IMG/VR virus record: IMGVR_UViG_2874933748_000006
Strand: one strand, 5' to 3'
DNA: 18,304 nucleotides
Source of the DNA: a virus
Lineage: Duplodnaviria; Heunggongvirae; Uroviricota; Caudoviricetes
Within the stretch, counting starts at the first letter, position 1. Every line of letters starts with the position of its first letter. Of the stretch, positions 16,483 to 18,304 are shown one piece after another. The notes under the pieces are model-generated. The model was given only the letters and a program-made list of their open reading frames with translations, searched no databases and was not told the DNA's origin. The position numbers were made by a program, and so were the translations under genes.

Positions 16483-17046
16483 GTGGAAATTAAAAAAATC
16501 ATTAATCCCCGTTATACCGAAAGTGGCGCAGTAGACTGTGACGTTTTTTTTGACGACAGGGACCAGGCAGTCCCCTACACAGCCACCGCTGATGATGTCG
16601 CACCGACGGGTCAGCGAATCTGGCAGGAACTGCAAAGTGGCAAATGGGGTGAGATAGCCCCATTCACTGTGACACCAGAAATGCTGGAAGCGGCCAGAGA
16701 GGCCAGACGTCAGGAAATTGAAGCATGGCGCACAGAACAGGAGGCGAAGCCGTTCACGTTTGAATGGAATGGTCGTATCTGGAATGCTGGCCCCGACTCA
16801 CTGGGCCGCCTGTCCCCGGTAGTCATGCTGGCAAAATCTGTCACAGCACAAACGCATATGGCGTGGGGTGATGCCGATAATCAGCAGGTGAAACTGTCGA
16901 TGCCGGAACTGGAAGAACTGGCGGCAGCAATGGTGCAGGCGCAGGTCGATCGCAACGATGAGATTTATCGCCGTCAGCGTGAAATGAAAGAGGAGCTGAG
17001 TGGTCTGGAGGATTTGGGAACAATTAGAGCGTTTGATGTTACGTAA
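16483..17046 (+). CDS. Putative tail fibre chaperone / assembly protein (DUF4376-like, family uncertain)
   Basis: GTG at 16483 is preceded by GAGGA (the upstream ATG at 16423 lies inside the fibre gene). The gene sits immediately downstream of the fibre gene and lacks the classical Tfa C-terminal motif. Family assignment is from memory and not verified. Confidence 0.45.
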   Translation: MEIKKIINPRYTESGAVDCDVFFDDRDQAVPYTATADDVAPTGQRIWQELQSGKWGEIAPFTVTPEMLEAAREARRQEIEAWRTEQEAKPFTFEWNGRIWNAGPDSLGRLSPVVMLAKSVTAQTHMAWGDADNQQVKLSMPELEELAAAMVQAQVDRNDEIYRRQREMKEELSGLEDLGTIRAFDVT

Positions 17047-17095
17047 TTGGTAAGCTGCATCGTGTTAAATTGTTACCCTTATTTACAACTAGAAA

Positions 17096-17126
17096 AGCCT
17101 CTGACTTCATAATCAGAGGCTTTTTT
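17096..17126 (+). terminator. Rho-independent terminator closing the tail-fibre operon (possibly bidirectional)
   Basis: Perfect 9-bp stem agcctctga (17096-17104), 8-nt loop, tcagaggct (17113-17121), then a T run to 17126. An A-rich tract on the other side would give a U-rich tail for transcripts arriving from ssrA. Confidence 0.8.
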
Positions 17127-17244
17127 GAAATGCACGTGCATTTTGCGTGTATATTTTTGTCTTTTTCTGGTCCGCTTACTGTCTGGTCAGTGTCCGTAAG
17201 TGACTGTTTTTATAGTCTCTGTCCGGTTGCAGTCCTGTCAAAAG

Positions 17245-17607
17245 TGGTGGAGCTGGCGGGAGTTGAACCCGCGTCCGAAATTCCTACATCCTCGGTACTA
17301 CATGCTTAGTCAGTCTTTACATTCGCTTGCCAGCTGCGGACGGACACGCCACTAACAAACTAGCCTGATTAAGTTTTAACGCTTCAACCCCAGGCAGGGC
17401 TTCCACGCGATCTCTTTTGGGTTTGACCTCTCTTGATCCCCGTCCTAAGAGCGGAGGCTAGGGAGAGAGGGCTCTAAGCAGGTTATTAAGCTGCTAAAGC
17501 GTAGTTTTCGTCGTTTGCGACTATTTTTTGCGGCTTTTTACGAGGCCAACCGCCCCTCGGCATGCACCTTGGGTTTCGCAAATCCCGTCGAATCCAGAAT
17601 CAGCCCC
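17245..17607 (-). ncRNA. ssrA: tmRNA (SsrA), 363 nt
   Basis: The reverse complement starts GGGGCTGATTCTGGATTCGACGGG and ends GGTTCAACTCCCGCCAGCTCCACCA. It contains the tag reading frame GCAAACGACGAAAACTACGCTTTAGCAGCTTAA (ANDENYALAA), matching E. coli tmRNA from memory. Confidence 0.95.
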
Positions 17608-17621
17608 AATGTGTAAAGGTA

Positions 17622-17651
17622 AGTATACCAGATTTATGAGCGCCATGACCA
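17622..17651 (-). promoter_or_regulatory. Candidate ssrA promoter (-10 TATACT; weak -35 TGGTCA)
   Basis: On the - strand TATACT lies 14 nt upstream of the mature tmRNA 5' end, consistent with a short leader removed by processing. The -35 match is poor. Confidence 0.3.
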
Positions 17652-17821
17652 GCCTCAATGGCGTTATCGTTAAAGATTTAGCACCCATGTAGCCTGATTT
17701 TTATTCGATTAAGCAATGGGATGGCAACATTTGTGTCGGATGTGATAGCCAATAAGATGTTCATTCGCGCCGCCGGAGAGGGAGGCGCGGTGAGGAACTG
17801 GTCAATAATTGGAGTGCAGGT

Positions 17822-18304
17822 TTAACGGTGGGCGTTTTTCATGATACGTGCTTTATCCACCTGCCATTCGCGTTCTTTGATATCTGAACGTTTATCGTGC
17901 TGTTTTTTACCTTTGGCGACGCCGATTTTCACTTTGCACCAGGCATTTTTCCAGTACAGGGAGAGCGCCACTACGGTATAGCCTTCTCGATTGACGCGAC
18001 CGTACAATGAGTCCAGTTCGCGCTGGTTGAGAAGTAACTTGCGGGTACGGGTAGGATCGCACACCACATGCGTGGAGGCCACGGCCATTGGCGTGATGTT
18101 AGCGCCAAACAGAAATGCCTCTCCGTCACGCAGAAGGACGTAGCTGTCGCTGATATTGGCTTTTCCTGCGCGCAGGGATTTAACTTCCCAGCCTTGCAGG
18201 GCAAGTCCCGCTTCGAACTCTTCTTCGATAAAGTATTCGTGACGGGCGCGCTTGTTAAGCGCGATGGTCGCTGAACCAGGTTTATGTGCTTTTTTCTTCG
18301 TCAT
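17822..18304 (-). CDS. smpB: SsrA-binding protein SmpB
   Basis: A 160-aa ORF beginning [72 protein letters not shown], matching enterobacterial SmpB. The start codon is the last three bases of the window. Confidence 0.95.

Noticed and set aside
13592-17046. Mu G-segment-like invertible tail-fibre switch
   Set aside because: Both fibre/chaperone cassettes are on the same strand, no invertase gene is present, and I did not see inverted crossover repeats flanking either cassette.
17070-17309. 79-aa ORF on the + strand
   Set aside because: It runs through the terminator and into the 3' end of ssrA on the opposite strand, so it is not a plausible gene.
1-18304. CRISPR arrays, rRNA or tRNA genes
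   Set aside because: No regularly spaced direct repeats, cloverleaf-type sequences or rRNA-like stretches were seen. The only structured RNA gene I recognise is ssrA.

Overview
The window reads as an IS-riddled, defective mosaic prophage lying beside ssrA (tmRNA) and smpB in an Escherichia/Shigella-type chromosome. Order on the + strand: the 3' end of an IS4-family element cutting into a head gene; a truncated HK97-family prohead protease; an IS3-family element (IS600-like, identification from memory); then a Mu-like contractile tail module: sheath, tube, chaperone with a T_TTT_TTT slippery site, tape measure, DNA-circulation protein, gpP-like hub, baseplate V, gp46-like, baseplate J, gp48-like. 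Two different tail-fibre/chaperone cassettes follow, then a terminator, ssrA (- strand) and smpB (- strand, complete, ending at the window edge). Two IS1 copies in opposite orientation each carry perfect 9-bp target duplications. One interrupts baseplate J; the other interrupts an AT-rich lipoprotein moron sitting between the tape-measure and DNA-circulation genes. That moron (lipobox signal peptide, own terminator, unrecognised family) is the best candidate for an undescribed accessory function, possibly receptor masking or superinfection exclusion. No CRISPR array, rRNA or tRNA was seen. All protein-family calls rest on recalled motifs and gene order, not on database searches.
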